From assembly GCA_049320885.1 (NCBI GenBank), contig JBMORA010000001.1, forward strand, positions 50,612-114,611: a stretch of 64,000 nt of DNA. The letters are read 5' to 3'. Shown in pieces: positions 36,007 to 47,842 of the stretch. A model generated the notes under the pieces. That model saw only the letters and a program-made list of their open reading frames with translations, had not been told where the DNA came from and ran no database searches. Both the position numbers and the translations under genes were made by a program. The DNA comes from Thermodesulfobacteriota bacterium (lineage in GTDB: Bacteria > Desulfobacterota > Desulfobacteria > Desulfobacterales > SURF-7). Position 1 is the first letter of the stretch, and each line of letters starts with the position of its first letter.

Positions 36007-38601
36007 TCACGCCGCCACGATATTGACCAGTTTGTTTTGCACCACAATCACTTTCCGGATGCTTTTGCCGTCGATGAATTTTTTCACCTGCCCATCGGCC
36101 AAGGCCCGCTCCTTGATGAGCTCCTCACCGGTGCCGGCGGTCACGGCGAACTTGCCCCGCAGCTTGCCGTTCACCTGGACAACGATCAAAACCTCATCGG
36201 CGGTCAGGGCCGCCTCATCGTACGCCGGCCAGGGCACGTCGATGATGCTGGGGGGATTTCCCAGCGCGGACCACATTTCCTCCGCGAAATGCGGCACGAT
36301 CGGTGAGAGCAACAGCACCGCGGATTCCATGGCGAAACGCATGACGGCGGGACCCTCGGGCAGGTTTTCGAAGGCCTCCAGGCCATACATGGCGTTGACC
36401 AGTTCCATGACCGCGCTGATGGCCGTGTTGAAATGAAAACGCGCATCGATATCGTTTGTGACCCGTTGGATGGTCTGGTGGGTTTTCTGATACACCTCCT
36501 TCAGCCGGCCTTCCAGGCCATGCCAGGAACCGCTGTATGGTTTCACCCCGCCGATAACCGGCAGACATGTCGCTCCCAGACGCCAGACCCGGTTCAGGAA
36601 CCGGTAGCTTCCGTCCACCCCCTGCTCGCTCCATTCCAGATCCCGCTCCGGCGGGGCCGCAAACAGACAAAACAGGCGGGTCGTATCCGCACCGTATTGG
36701 TCCAGCAAGGTGTTCGGATCAATGACGTTTTTTTTCGATTTGGACATCTTTTCCACCCGGCCCACCGTCACCGGGCTTTCGCATTTGGAGCAGTAAACCC
36801 CTTTGTCGCCCGTTTCCGCCTCTTCCGGGAACAGAAAGCCATGTTGCGGACAGGCCATGGTTTCCTTGCAGACCATGCCCTGGGTCAGCAGGCGGGTAAA
36901 CGGCTCCTTGAACCCCACCAGGCCGAAACTCTCCAGCACCCTTGTGAAATATCGGGAATACAACAAATGCAGGATGGCGTGTTCCACGCCGCCTATGTAT
37001 TGATCCACCGGCATCCAGTATTCCACCGCGGCGCGGTCAAAAATGCCGGTATGGTAATCCGGGCTGCAGTAGCGTTCGAAATACCAGGAGGATTCCATAA
37101 AAGTATCCATGGTATCGGTATCCCGACGAGCCTCCGTGTTGCCGCATTGCGGGCAGGTGGTCCGCATGAAAGCCGGCAGGGCCGGCAGGGGGGACTTCCC
37201 CCCCTCCAGCAGGCCGGCATCCTCCGGCAGCAGGATCGGCAGATCCGACTCCGGGACCGGGACGATGCCGCATTGCTCACAATGGATCATGGGAATGGGC
37301 GCGCCCCAATAGCGCTGCCGGGAAATGCCCCAGTCGCGCAACCGGAAACTGACGGTCTTGCGGCCCAGACCCTGCTGTTCCAGGTAGCGGGCGATCTCAT
37401 CCTGGGCCGTCTTGTTGCCGAGCCCGTTGAATCGATCCGAGTTGACCAGAATCCCTTCCCCGGCATAGGCTTCGGTCATGGTTTCCACCTTCAGGTCCAT
37501 ATCCCGCGGCTGGATGACGACGATGCAATCGAGTCCGTATTTCCGCGCGAATTCGAAATCCCGCTGATCGTGGGCCGGAACGGACATGACCGCTCCGGTG
37601 CCGTATTCCATCAAAGCGAAATTCGCGGTATAGATCGGCATCCGCCTGCCGGTCACGGGATTGATGCAACAGGCGCCGGTGAAAACCCCTTCCTTCTCGT
37701 AGCCTTCCAGGGCTCTGCTGGAGCGGTCCTGGCGCGACATTTTCTCCACAAAGGCCTCCACGTCCCCTGCCTGGGGCTTGCCGGCGGACAAAACCGGCAC
37801 CAGGGGATGCTCCGGCGCAAGACACATGAAGGTCGCCCCATACAGGGTATCCGGCCGGGTGGTGAAGACGGCGATGGTTTCCGGCGAATCCTCCACGGCG
37901 AACCGGATTTCCGCGCCGATGCTCTTGCCGATCCAGTTTTTCTGCATGGTGGTCACCTTCTCCGGCCAGCCGGGGAGCAGGTCGCAATACACCAGCAGAT
38001 CCTCGGCGAAGTCGGTGATTTTCAGGAACCATTGTTCCAGCTTTTTCTGGCGGACCGGTTTTCCGCAGCGCCAGCACATCCCGGCCTCCACCTGCTCATT
38101 GGCGAGCACTGTCTGGCAGGGATCGCACCAGTTGACGAAGGATTCCTTGCGATAGGCCATCCGTTTTTTATACATCTGGATGAACAGCCATTGCTCCCAG
38201 CGATAGTATTCCGGCCGGCAGGTGGCGATCTCCCGGTCCCAGTCATAGCTGAAACCCATGCGTTTCAATTGGTTGCGCATGTAGGCAATGTTTTCGTAGG
38301 TCCATTTGGCCGGATGGGTCTGATGGGCGATGGCCGCATTCTCCGCCGGCATGCCGAAAGCGTCCCAGCCCATGGGATGGAGCACATTCAATCCCCGCAT
38401 CCGCTTGTAGCGCGCCACCACATCCCCGATGGTGTAATTGCGGACATGCCCCATATGGATTTTACCCGAGGGGTAGGGAAACATCTCCAGCAGGTAATAT
38501 TTTTCCTTCCGATGATCTTCCGTGACCGCGAACAGTTTGGTCTGATCCCAATAGGCCTGCCATTTGGATTCGATCGATTTCGGATCGTAGCGTTCTTCCA
38601 T
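36007..38601 (-). CDS. leuS: Leucyl-tRNA synthetase
   Basis: [46 protein letters not shown]. Confidence 0.98.
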   Translation of the reverse strand: MEERYDPKSIESKWQAYWDQTKLFAVTEDHRKEKYYLLEMFPYPSGKIHMGHVRNYTIGDVVARYKRMRGLNVLHPMGWDAFGMPAENAAIAHQTHPAKWTYENIAYMRNQLKRMGFSYDWDREIATCRPEYYRWEQWLFIQMYKKRMAYRKESFVNWCDPCQTVLANEQVEAGMCWRCGKPVRQKKLEQWFLKITDFAEDLLVYCDLLPGWPEKVTTMQKNWIGKSIGAEIRFAVEDSPETIAVFTTRPDTLYGATFMCLAPEHPLVPVLSAGKPQAGDVEAFVEKMSRQDRSSRALEGYEKEGVFTGACCINPVTGRRMPIYTANFALMEYGTGAVMSVPAHDQRDFEFARKYGLDCIVVIQPRDMDLKVETMTEAYAGEGILVNSDRFNGLGNKTAQDEIARYLEQQGLGRKTVSFRLRDWGISRQRYWGAPIPMIHCEQCGIVPVPESDLPILLPEDAGLLEGGKSPLPALPAFMRTTCPQCGNTEARRDTDTMDTFMESSWYFERYCSPDYHTGIFDRAAVEYWMPVDQYIGGVEHAILHLLYSRYFTRVLESFGLVGFKEPFTRLLTQGMVCKETMACPQHGFLFPEEAETGDKGVYCSKCESPVTVGRVEKMSKSKKNVIDPNTLLDQYGADTTRLFCLFAAPPERDLEWSEQGVDGSYRFLNRVWRLGATCLPVIGGVKPYSGSWHGLEGRLKEVYQKTHQTIQRVTNDIDARFHFNTAISAVMELVNAMYGLEAFENLPEGPAVMRFAMESAVLLLSPIVPHFAEEMWSALGNPPSIIDVPWPAYDEAALTADEVLIVVQVNGKLRGKFAVTAGTGEELIKERALADGQVKKFIDGKSIRKVIVVQNKLVNIVAA

Positions 38602-38884
38602 TTTCGTTTTATCCTTTTTACACGAGGGTCCGGTTATATGGATACCGTCCGCGACGACGGAAAACTGTCCGGAAAGCCGGCGCCGGAGGCGATCGGCTGC
38701 CTGGATCTTATGCCACCATCACCGTCAAATTGCAAGCCGCGGCATGCAAATTCCCCCGGTGCCGCCGCCCTCCATGAATGGGCTTTCCGGAATGCTCCGG
38801 CTCCAAAAATCATTTGACTTGAATCGGACAATTTCATATGTAGATTTCAACACTTCAAAGGATATTATCCGAACCCCGATAATT

Positions 38885-40345
38885 ATGACAAAAAAAATCA
38901 TCATCAATGCCGTCGACCACGAAGAAAACCGGATTGCCATCATCCAGGACAGCAAGCTGGAAGAATTTCATATCGAAACCGCCTCCAAGACCGTAACCAA
39001 AAGCAATATTTATAAAGGCGTCATCACCCGCATCGAACCGAGCCTCCAGGCCGTCTTCGTGGATTACGGCGCCGAACGGCATGGCTTCCTGCAAAAAAAC
39101 GATATCCACAGCGATTATTTTCAGGACAATGCCACGGGAGACCGCTCCCTGAAAAAAATCGTCCGGCGCGGCCAGGAAATCATGGTGCAGGTCACCAAGG
39201 ATTCGATCATGAAAAAAGGCGCCATGCTCACCACCTTCATTTCCCTTCCCGGAAGGCACATGGTGCTGATGCCCGGCAGCAACACCAACGGCATTTCGCG
39301 CAAAATCGAGGACGAGGAAGAACGCAAGCGCCTGAAGGACATCATTGAGAAGCTGAAACTTCCCGAAGGGTTCAGCCTGATCGTGCGCACCGCCGGCGAA
39401 GGGTGCACCAAAACGCAGATCGCCAGGGATTTGCAATACCTCATGCGGGTATGGGAAAGCATCATCAAAAAAGGCATGCAGGAAAAGGCGCCGGTGCTGT
39501 TGTACAAGGAAAGAAACCTGGCCCTGCGGTCCATCCGCGATTATTTCACCCCCGACACCAAGGAAATTCTCATCGACGACCCGGCGGTTTACAAGGAAGT
39601 CAAGAATTTCGTCAACATCATTTCGCCCAAACACTCCCAGATCGTGAAACAATTCACGGAGCCCAAACCGATTTTCACCAAATACCAGCTGGAAGAGCAG
39701 ATCGCCTCGATTTTCGAAAGCCGGGTGAACCTCAAATCCGGCGGTTCCATCGTTCTGGATCAAACCGAAGCCCTGGTGGCCATTGATGTCAATTCCGGCA
39801 AGGCCACCTCCGGCGAAAACATCGAGCAGACCGCCTTCAACACCAACCTGGAAGCGGCCGAGGAAATCGCCCGCCAGTTGCGGCTCCGCGACCTGGGGGG
39901 CCTGATCGTCATTGATTTCATCGACATGCGGGACGCCAAGCACAAGGCCAAAATCCTGAACGCGATGAAAACCTTTCTGAAGGAAGACAAGGCCCGCACC
40001 AAAATCGGTCAGATTTCCCGCTTCGGCCTGATGGAAATGTCGCGGCAACGGATCCGGGCGTCCATCGAGAGCGGCAGTTTCAACACCTGCGAGCATTGTC
40101 AGGGTAAAGGTCTGATTCCTTCCACGGAATCCCTGGGATTGGGCTTCCTGCGCAAACTCCGCCTGGAGACCCTGAAAACCGACATCACCCAGGTCAGAGG
40201 GCTGGTCCCCCCCCCGGTGGCCACCTATATTCTGAATAAAAAACGCAGTGAAATCCTGGAACTCGAAACCCGCCGCGATATCTTGATCACCATTGAAGGC
40301 GACCCGGCCATGCGGCCAGGTGAAAGCCGGATTATCTGCAACTGA
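38885..40345 (+). CDS. Rne/Rng family ribonuclease (catalytic domain only)
   Basis: NIYKG...EPSLQAVFVDYG, QVTKD, IDVNSG, RLRDLGGLIVIDFIDM, CxxC. Confidence 0.92.
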   Translation: MTKKIIINAVDHEENRIAIIQDSKLEEFHIETASKTVTKSNIYKGVITRIEPSLQAVFVDYGAERHGFLQKNDIHSDYFQDNATGDRSLKKIVRRGQEIMVQVTKDSIMKKGAMLTTFISLPGRHMVLMPGSNTNGISRKIEDEEERKRLKDIIEKLKLPEGFSLIVRTAGEGCTKTQIARDLQYLMRVWESIIKKGMQEKAPVLLYKERNLALRSIRDYFTPDTKEILIDDPAVYKEVKNFVNIISPKHSQIVKQFTEPKPIFTKYQLEEQIASIFESRVNLKSGGSIVLDQTEALVAIDVNSGKATSGENIEQTAFNTNLEAAEEIARQLRLRDLGGLIVIDFIDMRDAKHKAKILNAMKTFLKEDKARTKIGQISRFGLMEMSRQRIRASIESGSFNTCEHCQGKGLIPSTESLGLGFLRKLRLETLKTDITQVRGLVPPPVATYILNKKRSEILELETRRDILITIEGDPAMRPGESRIICN

Positions 40346-40476
40346 GCGTCCGGCGGCTTTTTTCGCCCCGCGTCATTTTTCGCTCCGTGTATTGATGCTT
40401 CCGTATTGACACGTCAATTTGATTCCTGTATCAGTGGGATCGTCTAAAAATCTTCATTACTAAGGAGGAAGTTATC

Positions 40477-40827
40477 TTGATGGATATCGCATACGCCATG
40501 GGCCAGGGCGGCGCCCCCGCGGGGCAGGGGGGCGGATTTACCGCATTCGTCCCGCTGATTCTCATGTTCGCCATTTTTTATTTTCTGCTCATCCGTCCCC
40601 AGCAGAAAAAAGCCAAGGAGCATCGCGAAATGCTCAACCAGCTGAAAAAAGGCGACCGGGTGATCACCAGCGGCGGCATTCACGGCACCATCACCTCGGT
40701 GGACGATACCGCCGTGACCCTGGAGATCGCCGAAAAGGTCCGGATCAAGGTCGTGCGCGGCAATATCGCGGCCCTCAACCAGCCGACGCCGGCGGCGCCG
40801 GATAAAAAAGCCAAACCGCAATCCTGA
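40477..40827 (+). CDS. yajC: Preprotein translocase subunit YajC
   Basis: IFYFLLIRPQQKK...LKKGDRVITSGGIHG. Confidence 0.96.
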   Translation: MMDIAYAMGQGGAPAGQGGGFTAFVPLILMFAIFYFLLIRPQQKKAKEHREMLNQLKKGDRVITSGGIHGTITSVDDTAVTLEIAEKVRIKVVRGNIAALNQPTPAAPDKKAKPQS

Positions 40828-40897
40828 TACACCGCCGCCGCCGCGGCCGGCGCATGCGCCGCAGGTTATCATAACTACGGAGAAAGGATATCGAGCT

Positions 40898-42493
40898 GTG
40901 AAGAATCTCTCATGGCGAGCAATAGTGAATTTGGTCGTGGTTCTCGTCGCCCTGGTGTATCTGTTTCCCACCTTAGAAATGAGACTCAACCGCAAGGACA
41001 AACCGGAGCTGTGGCCCCATAAGCAGATCAATCTGGGACTCGATCTGCAGGGCGGCATGCATCTGGCGCTGGAGGTGGATGCGCCCAAGGCCGTGGAAGG
41101 CCACATGGAACGCCTGATCCAGGAACTGCGCTTGCTGCTGCGCAAGGAGAACATCCGCAACCGGGGCATCGCCGCTCTTCCCGGCGCCAAGGCATCGGTC
41201 AACATCAGCGGCGAGGATCTCGACCGCTTCAACACCTTTCTGGACCGGGAATTTCCGGACCTTCACGTGGAAACCGAGGAAACGGAAGGCCTGACCCGCT
41301 TCATCCTGTCCCTGCCCGAGGCCGAGGCCAAATATCTGGAACAGATGGCCGTGGATCAGGCCCTCGAGACCATCCGGAACCGGATCGACGCCTTCGGTGT
41401 CAGCGAGCCGGACATCAGACGCCAGGGTGATAACCGCCTGCTGATCCAGCTGCCGGGCATCAAGGATCCCAGCCGGGCCAAAGCCCTGATCGGTAAAACC
41501 GCTCTGCTGGAATTCCGTCTCGTGGATGAAGACCATGATGTCAATGCAGCCCTGAAGGGCGACATTCCCGCGGGCAGTGAACTCATGTACCAGACGGTTC
41601 ATGATCCGGAAACCAACCGCATGCGGAAGACCCCCTTCCTGATCAAAAAGCGCACCGCCCTCACCGGCGCGGACCTGACCGACGCCCGGGTGCAGATCAA
41701 CCAGCAGTACAATGAACCGTATGTGTCCATCCGTTTCAATAAAAAAGGCGCGCGGCAGTTCGGCCGCATCACCGGCGAGAACATCAACAAACGCCTGGCC
41801 ATCGTGCTGGACAACAATGTATATTCGGCGCCGGTGATCAAATCCGAAATCACCGGCGGCGACGCCATGATCGAGGGGAGTTTCACCGAGGAAGAGGCCC
41901 GGGATCTGGCCATCGTCCTGCGGGCCGGGGCCCTGCCCGCACCGGTCAAGGTCCTGGAGGAAAGGACCGTGGGGCCGTCCCTGGGCCAGGACTCCATCCA
42001 GAGAGGACTGATATCCGGACTCATCGGCGGCCTGCTGGTGGTGATCTTCATGGCCGTGTACTATAAAGGAGCGGGACTCATCGCCGATGCGGCCCTGATC
42101 ATCAACATCATCCTCATCGCCGGCGGCCTCTCCGCTTTTCAGGCCACCCTGACCCTGCCTGGCATCGCCGGCATCATCCTCACCATCGGCATGGCTGTTG
42201 ACGCCAATGTGTTGATCTTCGAGCGCATCCGGGAAGAGCTGAAACTCGGCAAGACGCCCCGGGCCGCGGTGGCGGCCGGTTTCGAACGGGCGACCATCAC
42301 CATTCTGGATTCCAATATCACCACCCTCATCGCCGCCCTGGTCCTGTTCCAGTTCGGCACCGGCCCGGTGAAAGGCTTCGCTGTCACCCTGAGTCTGGGC
42401 GTGGTGTCCAGCGTGTTCACCGCGCTGGTTTTCAGCCGGCTCGTTTTCGATTATTTCCTGATCAACCGCGGCGCCAAAACCATCAGCATCTAA
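40898..42493 (+). CDS. secD: Protein translocase subunit SecD
   Basis: LGLDLQGG, RNRID.FGVSEP, LRAGALPA, VGPSLG, GMAVDANVLIFERIREE. Confidence 0.97.
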   Translation: MKNLSWRAIVNLVVVLVALVYLFPTLEMRLNRKDKPELWPHKQINLGLDLQGGMHLALEVDAPKAVEGHMERLIQELRLLLRKENIRNRGIAALPGAKASVNISGEDLDRFNTFLDREFPDLHVETEETEGLTRFILSLPEAEAKYLEQMAVDQALETIRNRIDAFGVSEPDIRRQGDNRLLIQLPGIKDPSRAKALIGKTALLEFRLVDEDHDVNAALKGDIPAGSELMYQTVHDPETNRMRKTPFLIKKRTALTGADLTDARVQINQQYNEPYVSIRFNKKGARQFGRITGENINKRLAIVLDNNVYSAPVIKSEITGGDAMIEGSFTEEEARDLAIVLRAGALPAPVKVLEERTVGPSLGQDSIQRGLISGLIGGLLVVIFMAVYYKGAGLIADAALIINIILIAGGLSAFQATLTLPGIAGIILTIGMAVDANVLIFERIREELKLGKTPRAAVAAGFERATITILDSNITTLIAALVLFQFGTGPVKGFAVTLSLGVVSSVFTALVFSRLVFDYFLINRGAKTISI

Positions 42494-42509
42494 GGAGGGG
42501 TATTCTGTA

Positions 42510-43538
42510 ATGGAGTTCATCAAATCCACACCGAAAATCGATTTTGTCGGCATGCGCAAAAAAGCCTATGTCGTTTCCGCCATACTCCTTTTGGCCAGCA
42601 TCGCCGCCGTGATCCTCATCGGTCCCCGGTTCGGCGTCGATTTCGTCGGCGGCACCCTGATCCAGATCAAATTTTCGGCCCCGACCAAAACCAGCGTCAT
42701 CAAACAGGGCCTGAAAAGCATTGGTTTGGACGGGGCTGCGGTCCAGAAATTCGGTGAAAGCGATGCTTCCGAGTTCCTGATCCGCACCAACCAGCCGGTG
42801 GACGCCTCGGAGGAATTCACCGGACAACTCGAGAAAACCCTGGGTGAAAGCACCGGCCAGACAGCCGCCATCCAGCGGATCGAAATGGTGGGCCCCCAGG
42901 TGGGCAAGGATCTGCGGGAAAAAGCGCTCCTGGCTATCTATTACACCATGCTCATGATCACCATTTACATCTCAGGCCGCTTCGAGCTGAAATGGACCCT
43001 CAGCATCATCGTGGCCGGAGTGTTGATCGGCGCGGTTTATCTGTTCTCCCTGTTTCATGTCGGCCTGGTGTTTTTAATCGCCACGGCCCTGATCGTCACC
43101 CTGGTGCTTTTCTGGTTTCTGAGCCTGAAATACGCCATGGGTGCCATCGTGGCCCTGCTCCACGACGTCTTGATCACCGTCGGCATCTTCTGCATTATGG
43201 GCAAGGAATTCACCCTGCCCATCATCGCGGCCCTTTTGACCATCATCGGCTATTCCCTGAACGACACCATCATCGTATATGACCGGATTCGGGAGAACCT
43301 CCGGAAAAACAGCAAAAACACCCTGGACGTCAATATCAACCTGAGCGTCAACGAAACCCTGAGCCGCACCATCCTGACAGGAGGCACCACCCTGGTCTCC
43401 GTAGTGGCCCTGCTCATTTGGGGCGGCGGCATCATCCATGATTTCGCCTTTGCCATGACCGTCGGCATCCTGGTGGGAACCTATTCCTCCGTTTTCGTAG
43501 CCAGCCCGATCCTGCTGGCCTATCAGGGGCGCCGATGA
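42510..43538 (+). CDS. secF: Protein translocase subunit SecF
   Basis: GVDFVGG, VGPQVG, HDV, GYSLNDTIIVYDRIRE, LSRT. Confidence 0.96.
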   Translation: MEFIKSTPKIDFVGMRKKAYVVSAILLLASIAAVILIGPRFGVDFVGGTLIQIKFSAPTKTSVIKQGLKSIGLDGAAVQKFGESDASEFLIRTNQPVDASEEFTGQLEKTLGESTGQTAAIQRIEMVGPQVGKDLREKALLAIYYTMLMITIYISGRFELKWTLSIIVAGVLIGAVYLFSLFHVGLVFLIATALIVTLVLFWFLSLKYAMGAIVALLHDVLITVGIFCIMGKEFTLPIIAALLTIIGYSLNDTIIVYDRIRENLRKNSKNTLDVNINLSVNETLSRTILTGGTTLVSVVALLIWGGGIIHDFAFAMTVGILVGTYSSVFVASPILLAYQGRR

Positions 43539-43583
43539 AACACTGCTGACCTGCAATCCATAGAATGCTGGAAGGGGGAGCGT

Positions 43584-44336
43584 ATGAAACATCCGGTGGC
43601 GATCCGCTGCGGCATCACGAGATTCTGGAAAGGCTTTTCTGTCGTAACCGCCCTTCTTGTCATGGGGATTCTCCAGGCCTGCGCCACGCAGCAGCCGGAG
43701 GAGAACCAGAGCCTTGCCCGGATGGATCAGCAAATCCGCGAGCTGGAAGACAAAATGGACGAGTCCTATCACCGGCTCTCCGTCATCCAGTTCATGGTGG
43801 ACAACCATGAGCGCCAGCTCCGGGAATTGAATCCCTCCTCCAAACCCATGCCCGGGTCTTCCGGACCGGATTCCTCCGGGACCTTCACGGAAGAAACCAT
43901 GCCCGCAGGGGACGGACCGGCGACCCCGCCCCCCTCCCCCGCCGCCGGGAACGGCGCCCCGTCCTCGCCCCACATGCTGTATAACAAGGCCCTTGCTGCC
44001 TACAAAAAATCCGATTTTACCGCCGCCGCCGAAGATTTCAACACCTTCATCCTGACCTATCCGCGGCATGAACTGACAGACAACGCCGTTTACTGGAAAG
44101 GGGAGTGTCAATACGCCCAAAAAGATTTTCCGGGCGCCATCACCACCTTCAAGCAGGTCCTGTCCCAGTATCCGGATGGCGGCAAGGTACCCGACGCCTT
44201 GTTGAAGATCGGTTATTCCTATCTGGCACTCAACGACAAGGAAAATGCGCGCACCTTTCTGAAACAGGCGGTGAAAAACTATCCTTTCAGTCCGGCAGGC
44301 ACCAAAGCGGAACAGATGCTGAAAAAAATCCGGTAA
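43584..44336 (+). CDS. cpoB: Tol-Pal system protein YbgF/CpoB
   Basis: Lipobox, coiled coil, linker, three TPRs (NAVYWKGE, KVPDALLKIG). Confidence 0.85.
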   Translation: MKHPVAIRCGITRFWKGFSVVTALLVMGILQACATQQPEENQSLARMDQQIRELEDKMDESYHRLSVIQFMVDNHERQLRELNPSSKPMPGSSGPDSSGTFTEETMPAGDGPATPPPSPAAGNGAPSSPHMLYNKALAAYKKSDFTAAAEDFNTFILTYPRHELTDNAVYWKGECQYAQKDFPGAITTFKQVLSQYPDGGKVPDALLKIGYSYLALNDKENARTFLKQAVKNYPFSPAGTKAEQMLKKIR

Positions 44337-44348
44337 CTGCCACGCGCC

Positions 44349-45476
44349 ATGGATACGCCAGCGGACAAACTTCTGCCGTGGTTCACGCTCAAGCATACCA
44401 GCGGTATCGGCAACCATCTCTTCAAACGCCTGCTGGACCGTTTCGGAACGCCCGAATCCGTCCTCGCGGCGGACAGCGCCGCCCTGGAAGGGATCGAGGG
44501 AGTGTCTTCCCGACTCGTCCGGGAGATCAAGGCACGCAAACTGGCGCCGGAGGTGAAAAAAGATCTTGAACTTGTTCTTGAAAACAAGATAAAGATCGTC
44601 ACCATGTGTGATCCGGGTTATCCGCCCCTGCTGTTGCAGATACCGGATCCGCCGCCTTTCCTGTATGTCCGCGGCTCCCTTGCGGACATCGCGGACTGCA
44701 TTGCGGTGGTGGGATCGCGGAACGCGACCCAGTACGGCCTGACCGCGGCGGAAAGGCTTTGCGAGGATCTCGCCGCCCATCGGCTCGACGTCATCAGCGG
44801 CATGGCCGTGGGGATCGACACGGCCGCGCATCTGGGCGCACTGAACGGCGGGGGACGGACAGTCGCCGTTTTGGGCAGCGGTCTGGCCAGAATGTATCCG
44901 GCCTCCAATCGTCAGTTGGCGGAGAGAATCGCCCGTCAGGGGGCGGTGGTTTCGGAATTTCCCATGCTGACGGAGCCGGAACCTTTCCATTTTCCCCTGC
45001 GCAACCGGATCATCAGCGGCATGGCCCTGGGCACCATCGTCGTGGAGGCGACCAAAAACAGCGGTTCGCTGATTACCGCCCGGCTGGCGGCCGAACAGGG
45101 ACGGGAAGTGTTCGCCGTCCCCGGAAGCATCCGGTCATTCAAGAGCACGGGGACCCACAGCCTGCTGAAACAAGGCGCCAGGCTCGTTGAACAGGCCGCG
45201 GATGTGCTGGAAGAGATTGCTCATCGGCTTTCCTCCAGTCCCGCAGCCGGAGCGGCCGCGGTCAACCCGCGGGATGGAGGGCCTAAAGGGCAACCCGCCG
45301 ACCCGGACCAAAGGCGCGTGCTGGCGGTGCTGTCGCCGTATCCGCAGCATATCGACGTGGTGGCCCAACGGGCGGAAATGTCTCCCGGTCAAACAGCCGG
45401 GATTCTCCTGCAGCTGGAATTGTCGGGACTGGTGCGCCAGTCCCCTGGAAAACTTTTTTGCATGAATGAGGATTGA
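44349..45476 (+). CDS. dprA: DNA-processing protein DprA
   Basis: YP.LL.QI.DPP, AVVGSR, SGMAVGID, FPLRNRIISG, SGSLITA, VFAVPG. Confidence 0.95.
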   Translation: MDTPADKLLPWFTLKHTSGIGNHLFKRLLDRFGTPESVLAADSAALEGIEGVSSRLVREIKARKLAPEVKKDLELVLENKIKIVTMCDPGYPPLLLQIPDPPPFLYVRGSLADIADCIAVVGSRNATQYGLTAAERLCEDLAAHRLDVISGMAVGIDTAAHLGALNGGGRTVAVLGSGLARMYPASNRQLAERIARQGAVVSEFPMLTEPEPFHFPLRNRIISGMALGTIVVEATKNSGSLITARLAAEQGREVFAVPGSIRSFKSTGTHSLLKQGARLVEQAADVLEEIAHRLSSSPAAGAAAVNPRDGGPKGQPADPDQRRVLAVLSPYPQHIDVVAQRAEMSPGQTAGILLQLELSGLVRQSPGKLFCMNED

Positions 45477-45478
45477 TT

Positions 45479-47752
45479 GTGGCAAAACCGCTTATCGTGG
45501 TCGAATCACCGACCAAAGTCAGAACCATCAAAAAATATATCGGCTCGCAATATAATGTAACCGCCACCGCCGGCCACGTAAAGGACCTGCCTCCCAAGGA
45601 AATCGGCATCGATATCGAAAACGGTTTCAAACCCAAATACATCACCATCAAGGGCAAGCAGAACATCATCAAATCCCTGAAAAGCGCGGCCGCCAATGCC
45701 GCGGACATCTACCTGGCCCCCGACCCGGACCGGGAAGGCGAGGCCATCGCTTTTCATACGGCTGATATCCTGAAACAACAGGGACGCAATTTCCACCGGG
45801 TGCTGTTCCACGAGCTGACCAAAAACGGGATTACGGAGGCCCTGAGCCATCCCCAGAGCCTGAATCAGAACAAATATGACGCCCAGCAGGCCCGCCGGAT
45901 TCTGGACCGGCTGGTGGGCTATCAGATTTCCCCGCTGCTGTGGCGGAAAGTCCAGGGAGGTCTCAGCGCCGGAAGGGTCCAGTCCGTGGCCGTCCGGATC
46001 ATCTGCGACCGTGAACGGGAAATCCAGGCCTTCGAGCCCGAGGAATACTGGTCCATCACCGCTCAACTGGAAGGAGAAAAACCCCCCGCGTTTGAAGCCA
46101 AGCTCGTCAAGAAGGACGACCGGAAAATCACCATCCCCGACCGGCAAAACGCGGAACAAATCCTGTCGGCCCTGTCCTCCGAGCGTTTCAGCGTCGATAC
46201 CGTTGTTCAGAAAACGATTAAACGCAACCCCCTGCCGCCCTTCATCACCAGCAAGCTGCAACAGGAGGCCATCCAGAAACTGCGCTTCACCGCCAAAAAA
46301 ACCATGATGGTCGCCCAGCAGTTGTATGAGGGCATCGACCTGGGGCCGGGCGAACCCACCGGTCTGATTACCTATATGCGAACCGATTCCACCCGGATAG
46401 CCGCCGAAGCCGCCCGGGAAGCCATCCAGCTGGTCCGGGACACCTACGGCAAGGACTACGCTGTTGAAGAACCGCGTTTCTTTGCCAATAAAAACAAGGT
46501 TCAGGATGCCCATGAGGCCATCCGCCCCACTTCGGTGTACCATACGCCGGAAAACATGTCGCCCTATCTCAACGAGGATCAGTTGAACCTCTACACCCTG
46601 ATCTGGAAACGCTTCGTGGCCTCCCAGATGGCCCAGGCCCTCATCGACCAGAAAACCGTTTCCATCAAGGCCGGCGTCTATACCTTCAGCGTGAGCGGAT
46701 CGACCATCCGTTTTCCGGGATACATGCGCTGTTACTCACCGGTGGATGCCGAAGGCGAAACCGACAAGAAAAAGCAGGAACTCCCGGATTTACCGGAAGG
46801 CGCCCCGCTGAACCTCCTGAAGCTGGACCCCAAGCAGCACTTTACCCAGCCGCCGCCGAGGTTTTCCGAGGCATCCCTGGTGAAGGAACTGGAGGAAAAC
46901 GGCATCGGCCGTCCCAGCACCTATGCCACCATCCTGTCCACCATACAGGAAAAAGGCTACGTGGAGCTGGTCAACCGCTACTTCAAGCCCAATGAACTGG
47001 GCTTCATCGTCACGGATCTGCTGGTTCAAAACTTCCCGGAACTGTTCGATGTGGAATTCACCGCCAGGCTGGAGAACGATCTGGACCGGGTGGAGACCTC
47101 GGAAACCGCTTTTTTGAACGTGCTCAACCAATTTTACCGCCCCTTTTCGGAAAAACTGGAACTTGCCAAGGATAGCATGCTCAGCATCAAGGGCGTGGGA
47201 GTTGAAACACCGCATGCCTGCCCGATCTGCGGCACGAAATTGCACATCAAGGTCGGCAAGAACGGACCGTTCCTGGCCTGTAACGGGTATCCGGAATGCA
47301 CCTATTCCCGGAACTTCACCAGGGATGAAAAAGGGAATATCGTTACCGTCGAGCCTTCGGCCGAGCTGGCGGACGGACGGACCTGCGAAAAATGCGGCAA
47401 ACCCATGGTGGTCCGGCAGGGAAAATACGGGGAGTTTCTCGCCTGTTCCGGATACCCGGCATGCAAAAACACCCAGTCCCTGCAAACCGGCGGGACCGGT
47501 AAAACCACCGGCGTGCATTGTCCGGAAAAAGGCTGCAGCGGCGAGCTGGTGGAACGGAAATCCAAACGCGGCACCGTATTTTACGGCTGCAACCGATATC
47601 CGGAATGTACCTTCGCCACCTGGGACAAGCCCGTGAATGAGACCTGCCCGGTTTGCGGCGCCTCCTTTCTGGTGGAAAAGACGACCAAAAAGGAAGGAAC
47701 CGTCATCAAATGCCTGGCCGAGGACTGTGATTATAAAAAATCGTTGGGTTGA
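45479..47752 (+). CDS. topA: DNA topoisomerase I
   Basis: IVESPTK, DPDREGEAI, SAGRVQ, ITYMRTDS, AHEAIRPT, GIGRPSTY, C-terminal Zn ribbons. Confidence 0.98.
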   Translation: MAKPLIVVESPTKVRTIKKYIGSQYNVTATAGHVKDLPPKEIGIDIENGFKPKYITIKGKQNIIKSLKSAAANAADIYLAPDPDREGEAIAFHTADILKQQGRNFHRVLFHELTKNGITEALSHPQSLNQNKYDAQQARRILDRLVGYQISPLLWRKVQGGLSAGRVQSVAVRIICDREREIQAFEPEEYWSITAQLEGEKPPAFEAKLVKKDDRKITIPDRQNAEQILSALSSERFSVDTVVQKTIKRNPLPPFITSKLQQEAIQKLRFTAKKTMMVAQQLYEGIDLGPGEPTGLITYMRTDSTRIAAEAAREAIQLVRDTYGKDYAVEEPRFFANKNKVQDAHEAIRPTSVYHTPENMSPYLNEDQLNLYTLIWKRFVASQMAQALIDQKTVSIKAGVYTFSVSGSTIRFPGYMRCYSPVDAEGETDKKKQELPDLPEGAPLNLLKLDPKQHFTQPPPRFSEASLVKELEENGIGRPSTYATILSTIQEKGYVELVNRYFKPNELGFIVTDLLVQNFPELFDVEFTARLENDLDRVETSETAFLNVLNQFYRPFSEKLELAKDSMLSIKGVGVETPHACPICGTKLHIKVGKNGPFLACNGYPECTYSRNFTRDEKGNIVTVEPSAELADGRTCEKCGKPMVVRQGKYGEFLACSGYPACKNTQSLQTGGTGKTTGVHCPEKGCSGELVERKSKRGTVFYGCNRYPECTFATWDKPVNETCPVCGASFLVEKTTKKEGTVIKCLAEDCDYKKSLG

Positions 47753-47755
47753 TGG

Positions 47756-47842
47756 GAAAAATGGGCGGCTCGGGGCAGAGCCGCCCGGGTCAAAAAGGAG
47801 GTAAGTGAACTGAACGTCACAGCGCTGTTTCGCTCGCTTACG
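47756..47842 (-). ncRNA. Candidate small RNA with anti-Shine-Dalgarno seed
   Basis: Minus strand: TTGACC-N16-TATATT (47848-47875), then CACTTACCTCCTTTTT, then hairpin GGGCGGCTC-N6-GAGCCGCCC with ATTTTT; no ORF. Confidence 0.45.

Noticed and set aside
42980..43130. Extra TM hairpin in SecF
   Set aside because: Visible, but as I recall it is a lineage trait of sulfate-reducer SecF rather than a novelty
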